Positions 42,072 through 55,977 of a DNA stretch of 64,000 bases are shown here, piece by piece. The notes beneath the pieces are model-generated. The model was given only the letters and a program-made list of their open reading frames with translations, was not told the DNA's origin and made no database searches. This stretch comes from Octopus vulgaris (taxonomy: Eukaryota). The position numbers and the translations under genes are program-made. The DNA is taken from assembly GCA_951406725.2 (NCBI GenBank), contig OX597843.1, forward strand, positions 3,038,001 to 3,102,000, read 5' to 3'. How positions within the stretch are numbered: position 1 is the stretch's first letter; the number at the start of each line of letters is the position of its first letter.

Positions 42072-42345
42072 TCATCACCATCATCGTTTAACGTCCGTTC
42101 TCCATGCTAGCATGGGTTGGACGGTTCAACTGGGGTCTGGGAAGCCAGGAGGCTGCGCCAGGCTCCGGTCTTATCTGGCAATGTTTCTACAGCTGGATGC
42201 CCTTCCTAACGCCAACCACTCCGTGAGTGTAGTGGGTGCTTTATACGTGCCACCGGCACAGGCGCCAGACGGTGCTGGCAAACGGCCATGAACGGATGGT
42301 GCTTTTACGTGCCACCGGCACGGGGCCAGGCAAGGCTGGCAACGA
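42072..42345 (-). mobile_element. Retroposon/SINE 3' fragment with (TGA)n tail
   Basis: CATCATCGTTTAACGTCCG.. also occurs at about 41080. GC-rich body with internal GTGCCACCGGCAC duplication. Confidence 0.55.
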
Positions 42346-43299
42346 TACAATAAGTACTATGCTTACGATTAATAAGTCCTGGGGTCGATTTGCTCAACTA
42401 AAGTAAGAAGTAATGCAAGTAAATAAATACAGCGGGCTTCGACACAGTCTCCATTTTACAAGATAAAAATGCATTGGACGGTCCGGGCCGGGTCGGGTCT
42501 ATAGCAGGAAAAAAAAAAACTTGCCCAGGGCGGCTCGCAGTAAGATCGAACCTGGCAACGTGCGACCGCAAAGAAATTTTCTTATCTGCAACAGACAACC
42601 TTAGAAAGAGGATTGCGTAAGAGAACACGAGACGTGAGTAATAAGGACAGGGGTTTTGTTACTGTAAATTAGCAGCGTTTACAAGGAATGCATTCAGGGA
42701 AGAGAGGAACAAAGGAGACGCGGGCCAACGGGGAGAGGAAGAAGAGGGGGAGGAGGAGGAGAAAACAAGCATTCATACATACATATATAGGTGTGTGTAT
42801 GTATATATATATATATGCATTATATATATGCATATATATATAACTATATATATACATATGTATATATATATCTATAAGTATATATAAATATATATGCACA
42901 CATATATGTATAGATGTATATATGTATTTGTATAAATTTCTCTCTCTCTCTCTGTCACTGTGCATATATACTAACATAATCATACAAACACACACACATA
43001 CATATTTACATATACATACTCACACACACACATATATATATGTATGTATGTGTGTATTATATATATATATATATATATATAATTATATATAGACATATAT
43101 ATACTTAGATATATAGAGAGATAGAGAGATACATATATACATACATACATATATATATATATACATATATACATACATACATATACATGCATACATATAT
43201 ATATATGTATTTCAAATTTACAGAAAACAAATTATTCAGGTGAATAAATAAATACATACACACACACATATATATATTTATATACATATATATATTTAT

Positions 43300-44027
43300 A
43301 GATATATATATATATGTATGTATGTATGTATGTGTATGTATATATGTGTGTGTGTGTGTATATATAGTAGGTATGAATGTATGTGTGTATGTGTAGGTAT
43401 ATATGCATATATGTATGTATGTATGTATGTATGTATATATGTATGTATATATGTATGTATATATGTATGTTTGTATGTATGTTTGTATGTATGTATATAC
43501 GTATGTATATATGTATGTATATATGTGTGTATGTTTGTATGTATGTATGTATGTATGTATATATGTATGTATATATGTATGTTTGTATGTATGTATGTAT
43601 ATATGTATGTATATATGTATGTATATATGTGTGTATGTATGTATGTTTGTATGTATGTATATACGTATGTATATATGTATGTAGGTATGAATATATGTAT
43701 GTATGTGTGTATGTATGTATGTATGCATATATGTATGTATGTATATATGTGTATGTATATATGTGTGTGTGCGAAACAGGTATTACTAAAGGACACAAGA
43801 CCTGTGTCCCACCCCCAACCCCCGGCCTATGACAAACTAGTTTCCTATTATACAGGTATGTGATCCGATTTCTCAAGATAGACAGGTGAGATGTGAGGTG
43901 GTGGAGTTGGACAGCTGGAGAAGGCAAGAGTACTTTAGGAGTGGACTTTGGGTCACGGTCTGTTTTGTTTATTGTTGTCGACAACAACTCAGGTTCCTGC
44001 TGCTCTGGGTGTATTTGTGTATGTATG

Positions 44028-44078
<51 letters not shown>

Positions 44079-44203
44079 GTGTGTATGTATGTGTGTGTGT
44101 GTGTGTATGTATGTGTGGGTGCATACATTCGTACATACATACATAGATATATACATACATACATACATACATACATACATACATACATACATACATACAT
44201 ACA

Positions 44204-44237
<34 letters not shown>

Positions 44238-44611
44238 CATACATACATACATACATGCATGCATGCATGCATGCATACATACATACATACATACATACAA
44301 ACATCCATACATAGATGCATACATACATACATACATAGAAACATACAAACAAACATACATACATACACACATACATACATACATACATACACACATACAT
44401 ACATACATACATACATACATACAAACATCCATACATAGATGCATACATACATACATATATACATACATACATACATACATACATACATGCATACATGCAT
44501 ACATACATTCATACATACATACATATATACATACATACAAACATACATACATACATACATACATGCATACATACATAGATATATACATACATACATACAT
44601 ACATACATGCA

Positions 44612-44647
<36 letters not shown>

Positions 44648-44780
44648 TAGACATACATACATACATACACACATACACACATACATACATACATACATAC
44701 ATGCATACATACACACATACATACATACATACATACACACATACACACATACATACATACAAACATACACACATACATAC
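43300..44780. repeat. (TATG)n and (CATA)n arrays, the orientation switching near 44120
   Basis: Directly visible. Confidence 0.92.
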
Positions 44781-44904
44781 GAGGGTGGTGGGTGAAATAC
44801 CCCTTCGTACATTGCAATTTAAACTGTTGTTATCACCAAAATCCATCTCAACAGCCCCAAAAAGCCCTTGATGTACGTATCATCCGCTTGTATTTCCCAC
44901 AACA

Positions 44905-45432
44905 CCTATTTCTTTATTACCCACAAGGGGCCAAACATACAGAGGACAAACAAGGACAGACAAACCAGTGCGTAACTGGTACTTAATTTATCGACCCCCG
45001 AAAGGATGAAAGGCAAATTCGACCTCGGCGGAATTTGAACTTAGAACGTAGCGGCAGACGAAATACCTATTTCTTTACTACCCACAAGGGGCTAAACACA
45101 GAGGGGACAAACAAGGACAGACAAACGGATTAAGTCGATTACATCGACCCCAGTGCGTAACTGGTACTTAATTTATCGACCCCAAAAGGATGAAAGGCAA
45201 AGTCAACCTCGGCGGAATTTGAACTCAGAACGTAAAGACAGACGAAATACCTATTTCTTTACTACCCACAAGGGGCTAAACATAGAGGGGACAAACAAGG
45301 ACAGACAAACAGATTAAGTCGATTATATCAACCCCAGTGCATAACTGGTACTTAATTTATCGACCCCGAAAGGATGAAAGGCAAAGTCGACCTCGGCGGA
45401 ATTTGAACGGAATTTCGCCCGGCGTGCTAACG
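44905..45432 (-). mobile_element. SINE family B tandem array of three bodies
   Basis: Head-to-tail units of about 160-185 bp joined at GACGAAATACCTATTTCTTTA. Confidence 0.85.
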
Positions 45433-45941
45433 AGTCTGGGAATCGAAACCGCGATGCTCCGACCTCGAGTCCGTTGCCCTAACCACTGGGCCATTGCGCC
45501 TCCACAACACCTAACCAACCGCCTTATCCCTTTATATGTCTAGAGCAAGGGATCGGATCACAAATCTGTATAACAAAAAACTGGTTTGTCAGGGACAAAG
45601 GGCAGGAGTGGAGAAACAGGTCTTGTGTCCTTTACACTTAGCTACATCATTATTCATATATACATATACGTATGTGTGTGTGTGTGTGTCCCTGTGTGTA
45701 TACATATATATATATTTAGATATATATATATTCATACATATCTACAAATATATATGTACACACGCATGTATAATTAATATATGTATATGTAGTCATATAA
45801 TATGTATGTAAATAAATATATATATAGATAATTAATATATATATATATATATATAAATATATATGTACATATACATACGTATATATATATATATACATAT
45901 ATATATACCTACATATATATATATATACATATATATATACC

Positions 45942-45981
<40 letters not shown>

Positions 45982-46000
45982 TATATATATAAATATATAC

Positions 46001-46031
<31 letters not shown>

Positions 46032-46032
46032 C

Positions 46033-46193
<161 letters not shown>

Positions 46194-46833
46194 CATATAT
46201 ATATTTATTTATATACATATATATATACATATGTATATGCATAAATGAATATTTATTTATTTATACATGCACACACATATTTACATAAGAGTATGTATCT
46301 GTATGTGTATATATATATATATATACATATTTATATAAATATGCATATTTACACATATACATATACATATATATATATATATATACATACCTACATGCAT
46401 TCATACATATGTGTGTGTGTGTGAGTGGCCTTGGAACTGTGGTTGGTTGTTATTTTTCTTCTTGAATTTATTGATGTTCGTGTGTGTGCGCCCGTATGCG
46501 TGTGTGTCCGTGTGTCACACTACTCCCGCTATCCTATGCTATTCTCTTTGTTATAGCTGTCCTCATTTTTTTTTTGTTACCTGAGAAAACCCTTAATATA
46601 TGTCATGAAATGGGGCTTTTGTTCGATTGCTATTGAAGGTCTTGAGAGAGTTCATGGGAGGTCGCTCAACAAAGCAAGAAGAAACGATAAAGAAGTCTTA
46701 TTTGCTTTAAGGGAGTTCCCCCCCTGTTTGTAAATATACTGTTGATTCAAAGAGAGAATCTCAGATGAAGAATCTTTGGAATGTCCTTCGAATGGTCAAC
46801 AAATGCAGCTCTTTGTTGGCCTAATTCTTAACC

Positions 46834-47221
46834 CTTTTACTTGTTTCAGTTATTTGACTGCGGCCATGCTGGAGCACCGCCTTTTTAGTGGAGCAACTCG
46901 ACCCCCGGGACTTATTCAGTTTTGTAAACCCAGTACTTATTCTATCGGTCTCATTTTGCCGAACCGCTAAGTGACGGGGACGTAAACACACCAGCATCGT
47001 GAGAAGACACTTGCCCAAGGTCTTTACTCTTTTACTTGTTTCAGTCATTTGACTGCGGCCATGCTGGAGCACCGTCTTTAGTCGAGCAACTCGACCCCGG
47101 GACTTATTCTTTTTGTAAGCCCAGTACTTATTCTATCGGTCTCTTTTTGCCGAACTGCTAAGTGACGGGGACGTAAACACACCAGCATCGGTTGTCAAGC
47201 AATGCTAGGGGGACAAACACA

Positions 47222-47266
<45 letters not shown>

Positions 47267-47438
47267 GTATATATACGACAGGCTTCTTTCAGTTTCCGTC
47301 TACCAAATCCACTCACAAGGCATTGGTCAGCCTGAGGCTATAGCAGAAGACACTTGCCCAAGATGCCACGCAGTGGGACTGAACCCAGAACCATGTGGTT
47401 GATAAGCAAGCTACTTACCACACAGCCACTTCTGCACC
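46834..47438 (-). mobile_element. SINE family A full copy plus a duplicated tail
   Basis: Tail 46834-47000 and full copy 47022-47438. Confidence 0.85.
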
Positions 47439-47814
47439 TAATTGTTTTTTGTTTTGTTTTGTTTTTTTGAGAATGTTTCGTAATTCTTATACCAAACCCC
47501 TACTTCTCAACTTATGGAATCTTTTCGGTTTGAACGGCTGTTTTTAACATAATTTCTACGTAACTAAACACTTTTAAACTTCGTATACTGGTAGAATGTG
47601 TTTATAAAACATCTTTTTCTCTTGGCTTTATTGAAAAAATTCTATAGTTTGTAAGATATTTCGTCTTTAATTTCTTGCATTTCAGCAATTTTAACCAATC
47701 ACGACCATAACACGGTCGGTCCTGAGTTGTCAAACATTTAAACCAAATTTTCTCAAAACAACTTGTCCGACCGTCCCATAGGCCTCCCCTTTCAGAAACA
47801 CTGATTTAAACTAA

Positions 47815-48372
47815 ATTTGAGACACCAGCAAAAGAAGAAATAAAGATAAACTTTTTTTCTATTCCAAAGAAAAACGATTTTATTCACAGAAAATATGCAA
47901 CCGAAGAGTTTAAAGTCCCAGTAATGATAAGGCTGTTGACTGGGGTAACACAAACATGGTTTAAACAGTAAGCGTGGAAGGAAAGAAACGTGCCTTTAAG
48001 CAGTACAAAAACAGCAAAAGATGGAAGGTGCTGTTATGTACAGGTTGACGGAAGAAAAACAGGACAAAAACGATGCATGCAAATGGGTTAGCTGGAGGTA
48101 GATCTAGATGGAAAAGCATGATGATTTTTTTGCGCAAACTGCACGAGCATTTTTCTCGCGTACGCGTAGTAACGATCGCAACAGCTGATGTACTTGCGCG
48201 TACAAATGCACGTTCCCACGGCTTTATCGATCGCATTCTCACCTGCAATCGGTTTTTGTAATTTTTTTCAAGATTTATACACACCCTGATACCGTCAGTA
48301 TCTTCATATCAAATTTGAGCGCAATCGGATGGAGGATGCCCGAGATCCTAGAAGACACACACGCAGACAGGG
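47815..48372 (+). mobile_element. Putative Helentron-associated (HINE/DINE-1-like) element fragment
   Basis: Ends AAATTTGAGCGCAATCGGATG..AGACACACACGCAGACAG, a pattern like DINE-1/HINE 3' blocks. Assigned from memory of such families. Confidence 0.4.
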
Positions 48373-48375
48373 CAT

Positions 48376-48541
48376 AGGCGTAGGAGTGGCTGTGTGGTAA
48401 GTAGCTTGCTTACCAACTACATGGTTCCGGGTTCAGTCCCACTGCGTGGCACCTTGGGTAAGTATCTTCTACTATAGCCTCGGGCCAACCAAAGCCTTGT
48501 GAGTGGATTTGGTAGACGGAAACTGAAAGAAGCCCGTCGTA

Positions 48542-48634
<93 letters not shown>

Positions 48635-49060
48635 GCGCAGGAGTGGCTATGTGGTAAGTAGCTTGCTTACCAACCACATGGTTCCGGGTTCAGTCCCACT
48701 GCGTGGCATCTTGCGGGATCTTGGCAAGTGTCTTCTACTATAGCCTCGGACCGACCAAAGCCTTGTGAGTGGATTTTGTAGACGGAAACTGAAAGAAGCC
48801 TGTCGTATATGTATATATGTGTATGTGTTTGTGTGTGTGTGTGTGTTGTCCCCCCTAGCATTGCTGCTTGACAACCGATGCTGGTGTGTTTACGTCCCCG
48901 TCGCTTAACGTTTCGGCAAAAAAGAGACCGATAAAATAAGTACTAGGCTTACAAAAGAATAAGTCATGGATGGGTGGGGGGGTCGATTTGCTCGACTAAA
49001 AAGGCGGTGCTCCAGCATGGCCACAGTCACATGACTGAAACAAGTAAATGAGTAAAAGAG
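48376..49060 (+). mobile_element. SINE family A: two tandem heads and a tail
   Basis: Heads at 48376 and 48633 separated by (TA)n. Confidence 0.88.
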
Positions 49061-49124
49061 AGACAGACAGACAGACAGAACGGAGTTTATATAATACATT
49101 TGTATGTTAGTATAAGATTCCATA

Positions 49125-49312
49125 CCTATTTCTTTATTACCCACAAGGGGCTAAACATAGAGGGGACAAACAAGGACAGACATAGGTATTAAGTCGATTA
49201 CATCGACCCCAGTGCGTAACTGGTACTTAATTTATCGACCGCGAAAGGATGAAAGGCAAAGTCGACCTCGGCGGAATTTGAACTCAGAACGTAGCGGCAG
49301 ACGAAATACCTA
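49125..49312 (-). mobile_element. SINE family B body
   Basis: Homologous to the other copies. Confidence 0.82.
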
Positions 49313-49604
49313 TTCCATACCCTTTACACAAAGGACTCCGTTGTTCCCTTGCCGTATTTGTAGTCACCTGACGAAGCGGGTCGCACGTTGGAGGCAAGGT
49401 GACGTCTCGGAGTCGGTGAAGCGCAACGTTAAGAGCCCCAACCTAATAGCATGTCTTACAATAGAGTACACGTAGGAATGTGTGTGCGTGTGTGTCTGTG
49501 GGTGTCTGTGTGAATGCGTACACAGATTAAATGCTTATATAATATATAGCTTATATAAGTATTTTTATATGTGTGTATGCATATATATATATATATTTAT
49601 ATAT

Positions 49605-49809
49605 TCTTTTACTCTTTTACTTGTTTCAGTCATTTGACTGCGGCCATGCTGGAGCACCGCCTTTTTAGTCGAGCAAATCGACCCCGGGACTTATTCTTAG
49701 TAAGCCCAGTACTTATTGTATCGGTCTCTTTTTGCCGAACCGCTAAGTGGTGGGGACGTAAACACATCGGTTGTGAAGCGATGTTGGAGAGACAAACACA
49801 GACACACAA

Positions 49810-49883
<74 letters not shown>

Positions 49884-50035
49884 GACAGGCTTCTTTCAGT
49901 TTCCGTCTACTAAATCCACTCACAAGGCATTGGTCGGCCCGGGGCTATAGTAGAAGACACTTGCCCTAGGTTACCTGAACCAGGAACCATGTGGTTGGTA
50001 AGCAAGCTACTTACCACACAGCCACTCCTGCGCCT
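49605..50035 (-). mobile_element. SINE family A full copy
   Basis: Complete structure. Confidence 0.88.
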
Positions 50036-50183
50036 ATGTTTACATATTTACACACACACACACTTACAGGAACCTTGGATTTAGGTTCGAAATGGCTTTT
50101 TCTCTGGTGGCAAAGAATTGTGAAATCAAATTGAATGACATCTATACGAGCGCGCGCGCATTGTATGTTTGTATAGACAGACC

Positions 50184-50278
<95 letters not shown>

Positions 50279-50279
50279 G

Positions 50280-50344
<65 letters not shown>

Positions 50345-50700
50345 ACCCTCCGCAAAAAAACTCAAATTTTATTTAATTTGCTTTTGCGGGAAGGATTGTT
50401 TCAAGGAAGTCGTGTCTCGCCTTTATATTCGAAACGCAGAGTAGATGAAATAGAGGCAGCTGAAGAAGGGTAATATTCCTTGTGTTGTATGTCTTGTACT
50501 CAATATTTTCGTTTTTTCGTTAAGAAAAATGTCCATTTCCTTGGTTTTGTGTTTATGTTTTCATTTCTCATTGTGTTCGACGTTTTTCTTTTTTTTTTTT
50601 TTTTTGGTGTACCCATATATGCATGTATATATACACATAGATGTAGGTACGTACTTTTGTGTATGTATATATGCATATGTTTTATTTATTAACTTGTTAT

Positions 50701-50776
<76 letters not shown>

Positions 50777-50778
<2 letters not shown>

Positions 50779-52075
50779 TGTTTCTTTATTAGCCACACAG
50801 GGCTGCACACAGACAGGACAAAATTACAAGGTAGAGCTTTTCTTTTGGGGGTAAAAGAAGGGGGTTTGGTTTTCGATCAAAAGGGATCGTAAATGGAAAG
50901 AAAGAGGACAAAAAAGGGGGGATAAAAAAATATATATATAAAAAGTGGGGGAGGAAAAAATTGGATCAATAGGGATCGTTATCACAGAAATGTCAATATG
51001 CAGTGTAAAAGGGAGGACAGGTGAGGTTCACCCGTGGAAAGAAAAGCCTACGGAAAAGACCACGGTAACCTCGGTCAATGAAGTCACATGTTATATTTCT
51101 TTTTTTTTTTTTGCAAATAAGCAACTTTCTGTATTAATTTTTACGGTTCATAGAATCATAGTCAAGGTGGCTTCGTCATTCATACGTGCCATCCTTGCTA
51201 CATTCACTCATCTTTTTTTAAAACATTCGCTAGACAAAACTTGCCTCTCTACTCTCACTTTCCTCTTCAAGTGATTCTTGAAGAAGTTGATGAGAGATTG
51301 ACCAGAGAGGAAAGTGTTTGACTCTAATCCTTTCAGGCGCGTTCACCAGATACATTCTTTCGCCATAGCCACAAGTATGATAAAAATAGCTCTTCCTTCC
51401 CGTTTGAAGGAAGGAGGCGTGACGATATTAACGATAGACTCGGCTGATAAACCGACACGTCACACACGTGACAGCAGTCGTTCGACATAAGCCCACAGGT
51501 CGGAGATTGTTGGACACTGCACGATTGCGTGCAGAGCGGTTTCCTCGCTCTGCCCGCATCTCGGGCAGGTCGGCCCCGTGTTTCTCGAGCCATGCCTATA
51601 GAGCTTATCCCGAACGGGTAGCGCTTCTCGGTAGCACCGCCAGGCCAGGGATCTCTGGAAGTTGTCCATAGGTCCCGGGCCGAAAGTCGTTTGAAACAGG
51701 CGGGTCAGGTATTCCTCGTCGACGCCCAGGTTTGCCCCAAGATCGTCGTCGTACCTCCCCTCCACTAATCCCCTATAGAATGCTTTGGTCGTGTTGAAGT
51801 CACTCAAAGTCGACCCGGGACGGCAGAGTTGCTTGAGAGCAACACGACACTCGCGGTGCCAATCGCCCTTCCTCGGCCTCTTTTTGATCCACGACTGCAG
51901 TTCGGTCATGGAGACGAGCTGTGGGAACGCGCGCCTCACAAACGGCGACCACACCTGTTCACCGTTGTCTACATAGAGCCGGAGATGTCGCAGTCTCAGC
52001 GCATGTCTGCGCATCATCAACCATGGCATACCCAGCCCTCCTTTTAACGGGTGTTGACAGCAAATGGATCGTATG
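50777..52075 (-). mobile_element. Tx1/L1-clade LINE, 5'-truncated, with 3' UTR ending at (TCTA)n
   Basis: 189-aa ORF 51460-52029 with LAWRCYREALPVR..CPRCGQSEETALHAIVQCP zinc knuckle. 3' end AATAAAGAAACATA followed by (TCTA)n. Confidence 0.85.
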
Positions 52076-52094
52076 GCGTGTGTATGGCGTCAAA

Positions 52095-54150
52095 GTCATA
52101 CAGTAGAGTGCTAAGTACACATGCCTGGTAAATCTTCATTTTTGTGGTCTTGGTCAGCTTATTGTTGTCCCATGCGCGTTTGGTGAGTTGGGCCATCACA
52201 GCAGCTGCCTTGCCAATGCGTATATTGAGCTCAGCATCAAGGGATAGGTTGTAGGTGACGGTAGAGCCAAGATAGGTAAACTTCTCCACCTCCTATACTC
52301 TGTGGTCTCCAATGTTTGGGATGTCCGATGTAGCCTGACCCATGATGTTGGTCTTCTTGAGGCTGATAACTAAGCCAAAGTTGCCAAATACTTGCTCAAA
52401 ACAGTTTCTGAGCCTTCGTAGGGCTTCTTCTGTGTGTGATACCAGAGCGGCATCATCAGCAAATAGCATCTCCTTGATCAGGATGCTTCTGAAATTTTGG
52501 TCTTGGTCACGCAGACGCGAGAGATTAAACAGTTTCCCATCACTTCTACTGTGCAGAAACACTCCATCATCTGATGTCTCAAAGGCATATGACAGCAGCA
52601 GCGAGAAGAAGATGCCAAATAATGTAGGAGCAAGGACACAACCTTGCTCTACCCCGTTTTTTATTTGGAAGGCGGCTGATGTTGAACCATTATGCTGTAT
52701 GGTGCCTTGCATATTAGCATGGAATGATTTGATGATCCTCAGCAGCTTTGGTGGACATCCAATTTTTGGAGCAGGATGAAGAGGCCTTATCTACTTACCA
52801 AGTCAAAGCCCTTTGTCAGATCAATGAAGGCCATATATAATGGCATGTTCTGCTCTCTGGACTTCTGAAGTTGGCGTATGGAGAATATCATGTCAATAGT
52901 TGATCTGCTTCTAAAGCCACACTTCGATTCTGGATAAATTCGAGAAGCAATTAGTTGCAGCCTGGACAGGATAATGCGAGCAGAGGCCTTTCCAACTGTG
53001 CTTAGAAGAGATATTCCACGGTAATTGTTACAATCATCACGGTCACTTTTATTTTTGTAAAGCGTAATGATGTTAGCATCCCGCATATTCTGAGGGACTG
53101 TACCCTCTTACCAGCACTGACACAGAAGCTCATGAATGTGCCGAAGCAGGATGGTGTTTTTGCCGGTTTTTATGATCTCTAAGGGGATGCCGTCTTTTCC
53201 CGGAGCCTTGTTACTTGCTAGGGAGTCAATAGATTTGGTGAGCTCTGCTATAGATGGCAGACTGTCAAGTTCACACATGACTGGCAAGATCTTGACACCC
53301 TCGATTGCAGCCTCAGCTACCTCTCGTGAGTAGAGATCCTGGTAGTACTCCATCCATGTATCCATTTGCTTGCTTTGGTCCTTGATGAGATCCCCAGTAG
53401 TTGATTTCAGAGGGGCTGACTTGGTTGCGGATGGACCGAGAGCCTTCTTCAAACCGGCATACATCCCACGGGTGTCGCCACTGTCAGCAGCTGACTGGAT
53501 ACTCTGACAGATTTCCTGTCAATACCCATTTGCACAGCGTCTGGCAGTGAGTTGGGTTTTATTTCTTGCCTTTCTGAGTTCGAGTGACTTTGTAGAAGAA
53601 TCCCTCTTGTATTGCATCAGAGCTGTACGCTTTGCTTCGATAACTGTTTCCAGCTCTGAGAGCCCAGCACTGAACAAAATCTGGGTTTTACCTTTCTCTC
53701 ATTCCGAAAGTATCTATTGATGTGGTATACAAAGCTTCCCTGATATAATTCCACCTACTTTCAGCAGAGGAGGTTGGGCAGCTACTGAGGGCAACCTTAA
53801 TAGAAACAGCAAAACATTGTCGCAGTGTAGGGTCCGAGGTTCTGGCAGTGTTAATGCGTGATTGGCTCATTTTCTTGGAGTGATGGACTTTTTAGGCAGA
53901 ATCCTCACCCTTCTATTTAGTGAATGATCTGTGTCACAATCCGCGCTACGGATCAGTTGAACAGAATTCAGAAAGGATCTTCGTGTAATGATGAGATCCA
54001 ACTGATGCCAGTGGTGAGATCTTGGATGTCTCCAAGATGCCTTGTGGTGATGTCTTGTTGGGAAAGAATGTGTTGGTGATGCACAGGTTATGGTATGTGC
54101 AAAATTCAAGTAGTCTTTGGCCATTGTCATTCATGTTGCCAATACTAAAA
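52095..54150 (-). mobile_element. RTE-clade LINE relic (endonuclease end plus reverse transcriptase), frameshifted
   Basis: NDNGQRLLEFC, SWRHPRSHHWHQLDLII, KAPGKDGIP, NNYRGISLLS, FIDLTKGFD, GVEQGCVLAPTLF, LFADDAAL, FTYLGS, YQACVLSTLLY. Confidence 0.92.
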
Positions 54151-54217
54151 CACATACACTTACATATATACATACATATATATACGATTGATTTGTTTCA
54201 GTTCCTGTCCACGAAAT

Positions 54218-54258
<41 letters not shown>

Positions 54259-54339
54259 CACACACACAAAGATAAATTGATAGATACAACTGAGTGGGCA
54301 AACAAAAATGTGAGACACTGCGTACAGCTTTTTAAAATT

Positions 54340-54620
54340 TTGATAAGCCTGGTACTTATTCTATCAGTTTCTTCTTGTGAAACCAGTATGTTATGGGGAT
54401 GTAAATAAACGAACACCAGTTGTGAAGCAGTGATGAGGGAGAAACACAAAGACACACACACAGACTTACATACATACATACATATATATACGGTTGATTT
54501 CTTTCAGTTTCTGTCTACAAAATCCACTGACAAGGCTTTGGTTGGTCTCAGGCTATAGTAGAAGACACATGCCAAGTTACCACACAGTGGGACTGAACTG
54601 AGAACCATGTGTTTTGGAAC
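54340..54620 (-). mobile_element. Old diverged SINE family A copy
   Basis: Degenerate head and body motifs. Confidence 0.65.
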
Positions 54621-55013
54621 CATAAGAATACTTATGCATAAATCTAAAATCTTAAATAATTTCTTTGTTATTGTAGTATATATCAGTAAATGGAATATTC
54701 CCAAAATTGTATGAGTAACTAAATGATTTTCATTTCTTATTTAAACGTGAAAATCTTGAAAAAAAAATCAGATATATGGATGTGATATAATGACACTTAT
54801 TCATAGACACTCAACAACTGAATACTTATCATGCAGTGCCTTACTGCTTTCTGCTGGATTTTACCTCGAGAAAGGAACCCTGAGGAAGGAGGGCTGAATT
54901 TCGAATACTTCGTACAACAAACGGCTGCAGGTTAGGAAAAAATTTTAATCGCCTCTTTCAATTTAGGTTTTTATTTTTCATGTTTATATTCGTGTTTCAT
55001 TGTTATGTTTATA

Positions 55014-55579
55014 TTGGGTTGTCCGGAAAGTTCGTTCCGATTTTTAAAGGAAAGTACATGGTCACTAAATACTTGCCATTACATTTTTAATGAACCAAAT
55101 CTAAACCATTTCGTTACACAATACGTCTCCATCTTACATTTACCTTAAAATACCCTCTTCCCAGAATTGGGGTGGTTTCAAGGCAAATAATTCATCAAGG
55201 TATCTTTTTACGTCATCTAAGGAATTGAAATTTTCACCATTAAGACTATTCTGTAGAGACCTGAATAAGTGGAAATCCGAAGGAGTAATATCTGGTGAAT
55301 ATGGAGGATGGGGTAAGTCACCCCAGCAAAGCTGCAGCAATTTTTGTCTGGTTCCCAAAGCATCAAATGCCGATAATGAATTTTTCTCATCTTTTAATTT
55401 AAAGGGTTACAGAATTAACACAGGTTAATGGAACGTAAACCTTCTTCCACGATAAGAAAGCTTAACCTGTGCTCTAAATGGAGGTGTAGTCAAATCCTAT
55501 TTTATGGACTCGAACATGTTCTAAAATAAGTCGAAAGATAAGCTACTATAAATCTGCAAGAACTTTCCGGACAACCCGA
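55014..55579 (-). mobile_element. Internally deleted mariner element with TIRs and TA TSD
   Basis: TA|TTGGGTTGTCCGGAAAGTT...AACTTTCCGGACAACCCGA|TA. Contains LPHPPYSPDITPSDFHLFRSLQN mariner motif. Confidence 0.88.
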
Positions 55580-55977
55580 TATATTTATATATTTTTATCA
55601 TGAAATTCTTAATATAAATATGTGGATATTCGTATGGAATAATACCTCATGTGCTACATCTGAATTTTCTTGTCTGAATGTTTTAAGACAAATATCCGAA
55701 ATTTTTATCGTATACCACATTTTATTAATACTTAGCTCATATACGGAGACAAAAATGTACTATATACTGCAGGTTATCTCTATTAAAATTATATTTAGCA
55801 TTAGAATTCTTCAAGTTGTATAAAAATGGTTATTGTCTGCATCATTCAAAAGCGAAATAAATTTTGCATAAGGTGTAAAAGATAAAAATAATTTGTACGG
55901 TGTTAGTAACAAAATATTTTGTAAGAAATAGAACTTTTATCGTCTGTCTTAAATGTATTTTCGCCAGTGTATATATC

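Noticed and set aside
52095-54150. Active RTE LINE
   Set aside because: Multiple frameshifts and truncation at both ends.
54876-54933. Further hammerhead (AACC-CTGAGGA...CAAAC-GGCT-GCA-GGTT)
   Set aside because: GAAA and GUH are both altered and stem II is unclear. At most a dead relic.
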